Source of the DNA: Eledone cirrhosa | Taxonomy: Eukaryota | Direction: 5' to 3' | Length of the DNA stretch: 64,000 bases | Assembly: GCA_964016885.1 (NCBI GenBank) | Contig: OZ024743.1 | Location: 247,070,001-247,134,000 of the forward strand | In this document: piece after piece, positions 26,642-40,196 of the stretch | Numbering within the stretch: position 1 is the stretch's first letter | Layout: the number at the start of each line of letters is the position of its first letter | Translations under genes and position numbers: made by a program | Notes under the pieces: model-generated | Database searches by the model: none | Told to the model about the DNA's origin: nothing | Seen by the model: the letters and a program-made list of their open reading frames with translations, nothing else

Positions 26642-26915
26642 GGCATAAAAGTATCTCCAGGTGTTTCCAACCAACAAAGCCACCGGCTTTGACAATGTTT
26701 TTTTTCCATCACCTCCAAACAATGTGCCCTAGATTTAGCACCTGTACTCACTAAACTCTTTCAGTCTCACCAAACTTTAGAAACACGCTAGAATGTATTC
26801 CATTCTCAAGAAAGGCAACCGCTCTGATTCTGCCAACTATCGCCCTATCCCTCTCGTTCCTGTCTCTAAGGTAATGCAGACAGCCATTAACAAAGACGTT
26901 CACCAGAAACTTGAG

Positions 26916-26917
<2 letters not shown>

Positions 26918-27004
<87 letters not shown>

Positions 27005-27040
27005 ATAATAATAAAATTGAAGACTAAAATCCAAAGAGGG

Positions 27041-27082
<42 letters not shown>
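26918..27082. repeat. (CT)n(AT)n microsatellites
   Basis: Direct observation. Confidence 0.95.
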
Positions 27083-27084
<2 letters not shown>

Positions 27085-28539
27085 TTAATGCCAAAAAAGA
27101 ATGGTTTCTGTAAAGCTAGATTTACTGGAAGCCTACTTTCCTATGTTACTCACTAGTAGTCATCGCCCCCAGAGACATTTGGTGAAAACAATGTTGTTTC
27201 CAGCGACATCATCAAATCATCAAAGTTTAGGACCGTATCTGGCATGCGAATCTCCCATCAAAACTTCCCGCTTTTAGGGTTTATCCGTCTATTATCTATC
27301 GGTAACATTTCATCATATTGCACTATCGCAACGTGTGCTGGCGGTGTTCTCTTTGTCCCACACTCTATCAACCCTGGTGTGCCATAAGATTCGTTTTTGT
27401 CTATCAGATTCTTCCTCCTTTACATCAACGACCTCGAAATCACTTTCTATTTTGGATGATATCAGTCTTGTCTCTTTCAATAGCGACCATAAATAGTGCT
27501 AGTCTCAAGAAAACATATTCGCACCACACTCTCCTTAAGCATGAGTAGCAGGCAACTAGAGCCCTCACGATCGCTCCAAATTCTCTGCCTCATAATCACT
27601 GAAGATTTCTCATGGCAAACGTATATATTTAACGTTAGTGAAACTGCAGTTCAATGATTGTCAGTTCAATCTTCAGAGTCAGAAAATACTTCAACTCCCA
27701 ACAATTGATGATTTCTACAAACCTCATATAAGACCCACAATAAAGTACTTTCCCGACGTCTGAAACAGTGCAGCTGTTCCCTCACACTGACACCACAGAT
27801 CGCATCAAAAGAAAAGCAACTCGGTTAATCAGCATAATAAAACTATGATCCAAAGTCGTGCAATTTCATCCTTCTACCTCTTTTACAGTTACTAAATAAT
27901 AAGGGCAGTGTTTCTCATTGTAGCTATGGATATTGTTCGTGGTAACTAAATCAGTAGCAAAACATATAGTCAAAATAAATGTGACATTTTAATCAAAATT
28001 CTATTGGATTTTCAGTTTACTAGATACTTCTGCCGGTCGCAATTTCCGAAATACGAACAGTGTTGGTGGCGCGAAACATTTGATTCAATCGGAAGACCGG
28101 CTGAGATGCGATGAGATTATCAAGACATCGTTTTAGGCCCCAGTGCGCCGTCACATTAATTATTCAGAAAAATACATTCACTTTATAAGACCACGAGAAA
28201 TGCTTCCTTGTTGCTTAATGTTTTAATGACGGTTAATATGTTCGTGCAAATTTTGTTTTCAAGAAAAGAACGCATCTTTTGTAGATTCGAGTAAAACATT
28301 TATAAATATGAATCACTTATTTTCATTTCAATTCATCATAAATATGACCCCTAAATGCTCGTGACAAAAACATAATACATATTATATCTGTTTCTGTTTG
28401 ATCTATTAGGATGCTTGGAATTTAAATGAATTCTTGATTAAAAAGATTACGAGTTACATCCAAATCTTAATACTTTGGATTTAAAGATATTTTTGCTATA
28501 AATATTTACATTATAAATTAGAACATTTCTCTTTAAATA

Positions 28540-28979
28540 ATGGAAAATATCAAAAATATGATCACATCTAATTTTAAAAGTAAAAGTTGTGAAAGTGTCA
28601 ACCCTATTACATTGCCCCCAAAGTGTATGGGACTCAATGATTTTCATCTTGATAATCGAAACACATTTCTTGATCATCACAATGAACTAGAATTACCACT
28701 TACACCAAAGAAAAGGCGGAAAATGAAAAAGCAGCAGAACAGTAGCTGTTGGCAAATTAACAAAGAATTTAATGAAGAAATCGCATCTTTTTCATCTAAC
28801 AACGAAGATCATATCAACCCTAAGAACCGAAAATACATATCGGAAAATAATGAATTGTTTAATGATGCTTCCAATACGAGCACACCCTTAATACATTCAG
28901 AACCTATGGCGTCAAAGAAAAAAGTACAAAAATATGAAAAGAATCAGTATAAAACCAATTCTATGGAAAAACCAAACAG
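28540..28979 (+). CDS. Gene 2 first coding exon (uncharacterised, N/K/S-rich, NLS-like PKKRRKMKK)
   Basis: 146-codon non-TE ORF in AT-rich DNA; acceptor at about 28409; donor AG|gtatct (phase 2). Confidence 0.65.
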
Positions 28980-29085
28980 GTATCTAAGAATTTGATAACA
29001 TTAAAACTATTTCTTTTAGGATACAACTCGAATTTCGAAAAGTAACATGTAATATCTAGTATAAATTCACATTATGTAAATTTAG

Positions 29086-29380
29086 AAGTACCATTGACTA
29101 GATCTCGTATGAAGAAAATAAAAATATCTCGACCGATTCATCGGATTCATTCCGCATTGTCTGCTCTTTCTCTCTCTAACACACACACGCACTCTCGACG
29201 AACTCTCGACGAACTCTCTGACGAACCCTAAACTAATTAACGAACCCTAAACTAATTAACTCTGCCCTATCTAAACCTAACTTTAACCTTGACATGTATA
29301 TATGCAATGAATCCAATGTATCGGACGACATATTTTAATTTTCTTCATTCTTCATTCGAGATATATTGTCTATGATACTT
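29086..29380. mobile_element. MITE-like element with imperfect TIRs of about 70 bp and internal aaccctaa repeats
   Basis: Left aagtaccattgactagatctcgtatgaagaaaataaaatatctcgaccgattcatcggattcatt matches the reverse complement of 29303-29380. Confidence 0.65.
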
Positions 29381-32300
29381 GGATTTGATATTAATGAGTG
29401 TGAGAAAGAGGATAGCAGCAGGGCCTTTGTACTCCTTTCTTTATTGTGAAATATGTATAATCGGTTACTGTTCAATTTAAATTATTACGGGGGGTGCTTT
29501 TCTAGAATAGCACACCTTATGATAAATTAATATGATAATAATATACTCTGAACTAATTTATTCCAAATTAAGGTTAGGATTAGGATTAATTTCCTGTAAT
29601 GAATTAACTCTAACCCTAATGAATAAATTTGTTCTGATTATAATTAATTTATGATGAGGGAGGGGGGATATTCTGGAGAAGCATTATTACGGGTCAATGA
29701 TTGGAGGGAAATGTAAGTTATGCCTAAAATCTTAATACGACAATATAATTTCACAGATCCTTTTAAAATTAGAGAGTCAGAAAAAGTGTGGGTAGGCGTT
29801 ACGTACTCGTGCTTCTTGAAAAACAAAATAACGAAATGAAAGGAGTTGATCAATAGATCAAATCAATGATTGTATTGATCTTTTCATTGCTGATACATAA
29901 GCCTCAAGTTGACTCATGTATTGTGAGTTAAACTAGATAGGTGGAAAGTGTTTGGAAACCCGTCAGATTGACTGTACCAGTAATTCAAAGGGCCAATCTT
30001 GTCACGCTGAATTTCCCTGAGAATTACGTTAAGAGTATGCGTATCTGTGAAATGCAGCTCCGTTGATCGAACAACTGGAAGACTTACTGTTGAAGGTCCA
30101 TTCAATCTTTCATTGCTATCTTTCAGTCGCAACTCCTAGCAGGAGATGGACTATGAAATCAGAAAGCAAAGAACCGGATCAGTTACCGCAAAACATTCCT
30201 TCCGGCTCTTTAACAATTCCGCTAATCTTCATGGACTGGAGTTTATATATCGACCGCGAAAGGATGGAAGGCAAGGATGACATCTGCTGGATTTTAATTC
30301 AGAGTGCAGTGAGCCGGAACAAATAGCGAGGTATTTAATCCGACACCCTGACGACTCTGCTAATTCGTTGCCTTATTGAAAAGTTCAAAACATTTCAATT
30401 TGTTTAGGATATCTTTTATGATTAATTTTATGATATCATAATAGCAATAGACATTTAAAATGTGTTGGAAACAAAAAATCCACCCCTTTCTAATAATATT
30501 CCCTTGATTTACACTTCAACTAAAGAATTCCCAACTGATAGAGAAAATCGTTTTTTTTTTTTCTTTTTTAATATAAATTCTGAACAATTGATTAATAAAA
30601 TATATTAAGGAATGATAAACGAATGAAATAAAACATTTTTTATAGGAAAACATGATGAGCAGTATAGTTTCATACAGATCAGAAGGTGTGCAGTTGGACC
30701 AGTTAGCATGGGTGAACAATTAATTTTAAGGGGGCCTACCGCCTTAAGTTCTAATTCATTTATATGTTCTGTTACATGAAAGTCGGTTATAATGATTGCT
30801 ACTATAGGCACAAGGCCAGCAATTTTGGTGGGAGGGGGAAAGTCGATTAAGTCGACTCCAGTGTGTTACTGGTACTTTATTTTATCGACCCCGTCAGGAT
30901 GAAAGGCGAAGCTAACCTCTTATCTTTTCGGGGTCAATAAAAGTCGGTTATAATGTAGCCAAATTATTAGAGCGTTGGATATTTGTTCCAGCTCTTTGCG
31001 TTCTGAGTTCAAATCACGCCGAGGTCTTCTTTGTCTTTCATCATTTCGGGGTTGATAAATAAAGTGCCAATCCAATTTTGGTGCACCCTTCTCTCTTTCC
31101 AGCTGTCACATTCTGGATGATCTGCTTGTCCAAGGGAGGAAGGGTCGAGCGGGTGTCTGTGTTTGCTCACGGCTGCATGGTCACCTAAAGTCCTTAGTGA
31201 AAGCATGGTACATACTAGCAAGTCATACTCGATTGCGAATGACAGGTGTAATAGTTTATTACATATAAGTACATCAGAAACATTGTATGTACATGTATAC
31301 ACCCGTAACCCACAATAAAGTTTAGTGCTGATTACTAAAATACTTAATGAGCAGTTTGAAATGGAGCCCATCTTTTACATCTGGTTTGGTTCTATTATCA
31401 GTTTTGAGTGTCTACATTTTACATCTGATGTAAGTCTACTACAAGTTTTGTAAGGGTCTGGTTTGTATTTAAATCTTATAGTTTTCTCGATTGATATGAC
31501 CACTGAAAATTATAATTGTAGTAAAATTTAACAGTGTAAATATAGTGGATGCAGCATAGCCGAATGGTTAAGATCCCTTCGGAATCATTAGGCCCCGGGT
31601 TCGATCCTACTACAAAGTATCTTAGGCGAGGTGTCGTTTATCATAGCCTCGTGTAGACCAATGTGTTGTGAAATTGAGTAGATGGAAACAGTAAGTCCGT
31701 CGAATGGACTATACCTGTAATTTAAACGGCCAGCCTTGTCACACACTACGCTGAATCTCTCTAAAAATTACGTTACGAGTACACGTGTCTATGGAATGCT
31801 CAGGCACTACATGTTAATTTAATGAGCAGGCTGGTCCGTTGATCGTACCGCTGGAACCCCCATCGTCGAAACCGACGGGGGCTCATTCAGTGTCGATATA
31901 ACTTATACTACTATTATAACAAACTATTTATCCACGCAATACCGCGGAAGACTACTCAATAACTTGACATTTTAGTGGCCAAAGGTATCGACCAACAAGT
32001 CATCAACCAGTATCTATTTTTTTCGGAAGAGTGATTATATTGTCTCAAGTTGAAAGGTAAATTCGTTGCTAAATATCGCAAAGCATTTATCTGTGCCAGG
32101 TACTCTTACCTGATCATATGTGTGTGTGTGGTGGTGCTGCTACTGCTGCTGGTAGTGTGTGTGTAATTATGCTATTGTATGTAAAGAAGATTGAATCCTC
32201 GATTTTGCTTGACCTTTTTGCCACTCGGACCATCGCTGTATTTCATTTTACATTCATTTCAATCAATTACAATAATTTTCTGGTGTAAGTGGTTGTGGTT

Positions 32301-32394
32301 GTAGGGTATTGTTCGAAATATTCAGGGCTGTAGGAAATCTTCTACAGTCTTATATAGCCATCGGAATGAAGAATGAATAGAAGTAAACATACAC

Positions 32395-32925
32395 ACACAT
32401 GTACGCCGGGTCCAAATACAGAGGAGCCGAACTCCCACTGTCATCGCCTCCGTCTCTCTCACTCTCCCATCTCTTATTGTTATGAACAAATGGGGTCCCA
32501 CACGCTGGCCGCCCCACGGCCTCGGTGGACAGAATAGAGAAGGCGTTTCCCCGGAGGATGGTAAGGGAGATGTGCTGGATGAGCCATTCCATCTCGCGAG
32601 GCTCACACCTGCGGCTAGCCAGCTCAGTGCTTATGGTGGTGAGTAGAAAGGTAGCCCTAGAGCCAAGGACACTTGGTGGTGAGTAGGAAGGTAGCCCTAG
32701 AGCCAAGGACACTTGGTGGTGAGTAGGAAGGTAGCCCTAGGGCCAAGGACACTTGGTGGTGAGTAGGAAGGTAGCCCTAGGGCCAAGGACACTTGGTGGT
32801 GAGTAGGAAGGTAGCCCTAGAGCCAAGGACACTTGGTGGTGAGTAGGAAGGTAGCCCTAGGGCCAAGGACACTAGAAGACTCCACTGCTAGGGACTCGAC
32901 TGTAAACCTGTCGGAGAGCGACCGA
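32395..32925 (-). mobile_element. CRE-clade 3' fragment containing a 40-bp tandem expansion
   Basis: Encodes ELASRRCEPREMEWLIQHISLTILRGNAFSIL plus the shared 3' UTR. Confidence 0.85.
32634..32873. repeat. Minisatellite, 6 x 40 bp
   Basis: Unit tggtggtgagtaggaaggtagccctagRgccaaggacact. Confidence 0.95.
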
Positions 32926-33198
32926 TCTATATTTTTTTTAATCATTAAGTACTTTGTTATATCTATCTTCGGACTACTATTGAAATTTGTACTTTTTTGT
33001 TGTTGTTATTTTTCTTGTTCAAAGCTAGATACATAAATTGATAACAATAGATGATAGTAAGGCAAACATACAGATAGAGAGGTAGCTAGGGAGAGGGTTG
33101 GGTAGATAGGTAGAAAGGTAGATAGACAGAGAGACAAACAAATAAGTTGGTGGATATATAGACAGTTATGTAAATAGAGAAAGAGAGAAATGTTATTT

Positions 33199-33526
33199 TA
33201 TAGATATATAGCTAGAGATAGCAGCTGCTCTGACCACTGACTGTCTATAGATATATAGCTAGAGATAGCAGCTGCTCTGACCACTGACTGTCTATAGATA
33301 TATAGCTAGAGATAGCAGCAGCTCTGACCACTGACTGTCTATAGATATATAGCTAGAGATAGCAGCTGCTCTGACCACTGACTGTCTATAGATATATAGC
33401 TAGAGATAGCAGCTGCTCTGACCACTGACTGTCTATAGATATATAGCTAGAGATAGCAGCTGCTCTGACCACTGACTGTCTATAGATATATAGCTAGAGA
33501 TAGCAGCTGCTCTGACCACTGACTGT
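33199..33526. repeat. Minisatellite, 7 x 47 bp, nearly perfect
   Basis: Unit tatagatatatagctagagatagcagctgctctgaccactgactgtc. Confidence 0.95.
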
Positions 33527-34079
33527 ATTGTCAACACGGAGAGAAAAAGAAAGAGGTAGGGAGGAATATATCAATTATCATTTTCCCAAACATATCTAGC
33601 ACAAAGAGGTTATCATATGACACTTGAGTTTTATTACATATATATCCCGCCGAGGTTAACTTTGCCTTTCATCCTTACGGGGTCGATAAAATAAAGTAGG
33701 AGTAATTGCTGGCCTTGTGCCAAAAGTAGAAACAATTATATATATATCCCACCCCTCCATACTCTCTCCAGTTTCACTCCTTAGCTACTGTCCCCTCTAA
33801 AGCCCTTAGATACCTTTAGCTACTTTTTACATCACTACATCACCCTTCCCGCGCTATTGACCACGCTTCCAACACTATCTCCCCTTAAATGTTCTCACTA
33901 CCACTACATCCTCTCTCCCCATGCTATCAAAAAATCAACCCTGCTCCTTCCCCATTCATCGCCCTGTCACACCACACAACACCGGCCATAACTTCATACT
34001 TATCTCCCTTTTCCTCTCGTCTCTCCCACTAACCCTACGGAGCAGAGAGAGCTCTTCAGTTGGGATACCATCAACCTCT

Positions 34080-34528
34080 CTAGTGTTGGTGCCACAAAAA
34101 TGCACATGGTACACCCTGTAAGGTGGTTAGCGATATGAAGGACATCTTGCTGTAGAAACCATGTCTAAAAGAGTTGAGAGGACCGTTCAGTTGTGTCAAC
34201 GGCGCGACGTCTCTAGTGTTGGTGATCTACATGATAAACGCACACAGTATACACTGTAAAGGGGTTGGTTACAGTATACACTGTAAAGGGGTTGGTTATT
34301 ATCCGCAAGCTTGCCAAACAAAGGGTTGGGAGGACCCTTCAATTGTATCAAAGACATGACAACTTCTCTCGTGCTAGTACCACGATGTACTCAGTAGAGC
34401 ATGGGACCGTATGTAGGCGAGATGCAGACCCCTCGCCTGCATGGGGGGTTATTATACACACTCCAGTAATGACTCGGTCAGTGAAGGCCTGTCCAGCCTT
34501 TGCCAGCAGAGAAAGCTGACGTTTAATG

Positions 34529-34560
<32 letters not shown>

Positions 34561-34586
34561 AGTGATGATGATGGTTATGATGATGG

Positions 34587-34626
<40 letters not shown>
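34080..34626 (+). mobile_element. Non-autonomous element or 3' fragment ending in an RTE-type terminus and long (GAT)n tail
   Basis: ctgtaaggtggttagcgatatgaaggacatc...gtagaaacc and gtccagcctttgccagcagagaaagctgacgtttaatgaggatgat resemble the RTE 3' UTR at 9510-9687. Confidence 0.65.
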
Positions 34627-35869
34627 CAAATAATTTACGAAATGAGATAAACTTTGTGATTGAGGGAAATATTTTCTCCGGTTTAAAATAACAGAACAAA
34701 TTTCAGTAAGATATTTAATTTTAAATTGTCTAGATAGTCTTTATAAAATAATCAAATAAAATTCAAGATTTTCAGCATTGAAAAAAAACCTGAACAACAA
34801 CAAGAACGTCACAAGGCGTTCTTCTCCAACGTTGAACTCCACTTGGGACAACCAGCAATCGCGCTTTTAACGTTTTACGATTTAAAAATTTTAGAACAAT
34901 TATATCTGTGATCGTGAAGGCGCGCGGCTTAATGGTTAGAGAGTTCAGCTCACAATCGTAAAGTCGTGAGTTTGATTCCCAGCGGAGCGTTGTGGCTTTG
35001 AGAAGACACTATTTCACGTTGCTCTAGTCCACTCAGCTGGTAAAATATTAGTTGTTCCTGAAATTCAGTGGGCCATCCTTGTCACACACAGCCATGCAGA
35101 ATCTCCCTTTTCATTGGCTGGTTCGTGATGTTACCGTTGTCCTCTACATGCACACATCTATGCACTACATACATGCATACATAACTGCACACATTAATAC
35201 ATTTAAATGGTAACGGTTAAAGTGAATATATGTAAATCTTTTGACATCTTCAAATATTTTCTAATTGTTTTAATTATGAGGGAGATTTTTAATATTTTTA
35301 TTTTACAAACATTAATTTTTTTTAAACAACAGTGTATTTGTTGTTGTTCCAATGGAGGTGGTGGGTGCCAAATCTAGCGGAGCCCATCACTCTCCAGAGC
35401 CAATTCCTTGCAGAGAGAGGCGGGCGGAGAGAGGAGAGGGGAGAATCGGAATCACCTTCGGTATAGAACTAGTACTATATTTATCGACCTCGAAAGGATG
35501 AAAAGCAAAGTTGACCTCGGAACAAATACCAAAACTCTGGCAATTCGCGCCTTTAAAAAAAAGAGCAGTACTGTGCTGGATAGAACTGCTTTGCAATATT
35601 TAGTTCAGGGATCTGAAACACGCTGCTCGCGTGCTGGAAACTACTTATCTATGACACATGACAGAACAATTTTCGTGACAGAGAAAGAATAATAGCTAAA
35701 TGCTGGTTGATAGGAAAGGGCATTGAAGGAAGTCAGGATGAGCAGCATGATGAGATAGATATTCAATTGAGCAATGTTGTGGCAGGCTATTGAAATTCTT
35801 CAGAAATAGGCCAGCCTGTAACTGAAAAATGATAACATAACAAGTCAGTCAATCATATTGATGGCCCAC

Positions 35870-37331
35870 CCACAGCCCCGGCGGAGGACGGCACGGGAGA
35901 CGCGCTGGAAGAGCCATTCCAACTCGCGAGGCTCACACCTGCGGCTGGCCAGCTCAGCGCCTATGGTAGTGAGTAGGGAGGTAGCCCTAGGGCCGAAGAC
36001 ACCAGAAGTCTCCACTGCCAAGGGTACGACCGCAAACCTGTTGGAGAGCGACCGGTACTTGGAGAGCTTGGCCTCCTCAGCCCGACGTGCAGCAGAACCT
36101 GGGTTAGTCGCAGACTGCACCAGGTTGCGGCTGCAGAAAGTGTCGGTGCAAGTGGAATCCCAGACGAGGGGTTTTCCACCGCGGAACGGGAAGATGGTCA
36201 TACCATCTGGCCTTTTTCCGTCCCCTCGGTCCAGCCCCACCGGCTTGAGCTGGAAAGCGAAGCCTGCAGTGTCCAGTGTCCAAGCCATGCTTTATGGTCT
36301 CGTTGGGGGCAGCATGGCGTGGAAGGCGGCCGGCACTGTGGCGACAGGAAAGCTGGTGGAGGTCGAAAGAGTCCACGGTGGATCCACAGCGACATTGGTG
36401 TGGATCGCAGATCTGGAGGCCAAGCCTCAAGGAAACGCCGATGCGCAGGCTATTCTTATCCAGCTGCTTGCCAGTGGAGAAGGAAGGCAAGGCATGGAGC
36501 CAGGCACGACTAAGGTTTCGAGGCCGCACGAAAACATGCAAGGCGGTGCTGCTCGAGCTGGCGCGTGAGCCTGTTTGGGGCCAGGCTGCACTGGATGGCA
36601 TCCCAAGTGCTTTGGGGGGACTTGACGTCAACAGGGGAAGAAGGAGGAGGAACGTATACTGGGCTAAGTCCCAGCCGGTCCCACGTTTCACAGGCGGCCT
36701 CACGTTCCCTGATCACAGAAGGTTCTATTGTGTTTTGGAGAACCCTGCTGACGAGAATGCGGCATGAGGTTACCGACGAAAGAAACGCCAGCAAAGCCAA
36801 GAAGATCGGGGACCGGAGGCCAAGGCCGCCATATCTGACAGGTAAAGTGGCCTGTTGCCATCCAATGTCGTCAAACCTGACGTTGCATATCTCTTCGGCT
36901 GCTGCTCGGATACAAGTATCGAGGTCAACGAGGAGAGATGCGTGGATGTAGCACGGAACGCTGCAAAGGGTATAGAGGAGCTTCGGCATGGCGAAGCAGT
37001 TCCTCAACAGAAAGAGAGCTGGCTGGCCGTCGATCAAGCCCAGTCGGCTTGTGAGGATCTGGAGTTGTTGGAGCCTGGACTTGATGGTGGAGCGGATGGC
37101 CGGCGAGTGGATCGGTGAACCGAGGATGAGGACATCCTCTTTGGGGGTCACCTGTACCTAGTGGAGAATGGACCGCACGTCCGAGACGGAGGCTGCAAAG
37201 CATCGTGGCTGACATTCACCACCTCCGACTTGGACGAGTTGACCTGGACGTCGATTCCCGCCAGGGCAGGAACCACGTATAGTAGGTCATGGCAGACAGT
37301 CTCTAAGGGCCCGCTCAATGTAGCATCATCC
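35870..37331 (-). mobile_element. 5'-truncated CRE-clade retrotransposon (RT C-terminal part + restriction-like endonuclease)
   Basis: Starts at DDATLSGPLETVCHDLLYVVPALAG; includes ORFs 36510-37151 and 35845-36288 (RPDGMTIFPF...KLSKY...LAVETSGVFGP). Confidence 0.9.
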
Positions 37332-38564
37332 CTATTTAAGGAAAATTTGAAACAGAAAATTTGTTCCCCTACATTTTGTTTTAATTCATATATCCCACTT
37401 ACGTATTCATTTTCATGAAAAAAAAAAGCCTATCAGCTGTATTGTAGATTAGCATTATAACTGGTGGAAATCACGTCCCCCCCCCCCCCCCCCATCACAT
37501 CTCACTTTTTGCCTGCTGCGTTTCTACCCCAGGACGTAATGGCTCTTTTGAGTCTCTGAGTTTAAGATTCCTGATTTAATTAAACCTTTCTACGTTCTAA
37601 GTTCAAATCACGCCCAGTCCAAAACAACTTCTCATGGTCCTGGGTCCGATAAAATATATACTAGTCAAATATGTATGATAGACTATAATGTAGTTATTGT
37701 TGTTGTTGAGCTAGCACTGCTTTGGGGGGAATGTTCCAGTTGTTTCGACCAAAGGGACAACCTGCGCGTGAAATTATTGTGCAAGTTGCTAATAATTCCA
37801 CTGACACATAAACCCTAAGTCTCAGGGAGATTCAGCGTGTCAGTGTAAGACAAGGTTCACGTTATAAATTACAAGTAAAACTATATTTTTCCGGCTCAGT
37901 GGGGTGGAAGAACGGGAAATAAAGTGTCTTGCTGAAGAACACAATGTGCCCCAAGAAATCGAAATCACGACGACTTTACGATCGAGAGCCGAACATCCTC
38001 ATCACTAGGCCACACAATGCAATGCAAATTCGAAATAATTCGTGATAATTCGAGGTTAGGATCTCTTTCTCAAAAGAAAGTAAACGGTGTGACGTGTTGT
38101 CAACACCATATTCCATTTATAATCTTTTGAAAAAAAGGTTATAACCTCGACATATCATGAAACATAAGGTAAAAATGTAAATTGTTGTTTTCTTTTTCTT
38201 ACTTGACTCTTCTCTAGTTTTTCACTCGGGATTTTCTAAATCACATTGTACTGTCTTTCCCCATAAAATCATAACCACAAATATAATGGACTTATAAGCC
38301 AATATGGAAACTTGTAATCATTCTATTAACTGAGTAGTGTTAACAACCAAGTCTCTCTCAAATCACACTCTGCCGTCTCAAAAACATTTATATCGAATAA
38401 TGTAGTCTTAGATGCACTATGTCTGAAAAAAATACGGTATAATCACAGCTAGAGCGTTGTTGTGATCTTTTTCGACGTCTGTTTCATGAGCACTAGAGAT
38501 GTGTTGCGCTAAACACTGACCAAACAACTTTCGCCATTGAACCTTAGCCACGTCAAGATCGATA

Positions 38565-39690
<1,126 letters not shown>

Positions 39691-39900
39691 TCTTTACTAG
39701 ATGTAACATAGTATCTGTCTTGCAGTATTGCCAATTTGGCGCGAAACGCTCTAGATTTGACGCGTTTTAGCAACGCTTAACAAATGAACTTTAGATTTGG
39801 CGCAGTCACAGTATTTTAACACTAGCAATTTTTATCGCATTTTGGAGTATTTTGTAGTTTCTCGTCATTGGAGATAAAAGTAATTTATATTTTGTTTATA

Positions 39901-39947
<47 letters not shown>

Positions 39948-40196
39948 TTTCTTTATTAACCACAAGGGTTTACATAAAGTAGACATTAAGGACAGTGCAG
40001 GACAATACAGGACGGTACAAATGGGCATTTCTGCGTGTAAAAAACAAAAACAGAGGATGTAACAAAAAAATAACAATGAAAAATTCCCCAATAGGGGGGA
40101 GACTTCGGAGGGACATTTGTGGAGAAAGCCCAGTAAAAGGCCACAGTGACCCTGACCACCAAGGCAAGTGCCCTCTCCCAGTTTTCCATCTTTAAT

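Larger units (their letters stand above)
22930..27890 (+). mobile_element. Old CR1/jockey-like LINE remnant interrupted by the CRE insertion and a microsatellite
   Basis: After 26653: TNKATG, LAPVLTKLFQ and ILKKGNRSDSANYRPI motifs, with further RT-like remnants to about 27890. Contiguous with 23200-23321 across the TSD. Outer boundaries approximate. Confidence 0.6.

Noticed and set aside
33199-33526. Regular direct repeats (also 32634-32873, 55056-55281, 63584-64000) as CRISPR arrays
   Set aside because: The units are contiguous with no unique spacers, there are no cas genes, and the context is eukaryotic; these are minisatellites.
34917-34990. tRNA gene
   Set aside because: The A/B boxes run directly into a SINE body; it is a tRNA-derived SINE head.
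35858-36767. Long + strand ORFs opposite the CRE copies (also 23356-24009) and antisense ORFs over the Tx1 and RTE elements
   Set aside because: Shadow ORFs of GC-rich retroelement coding sequence, with no independent motifs.
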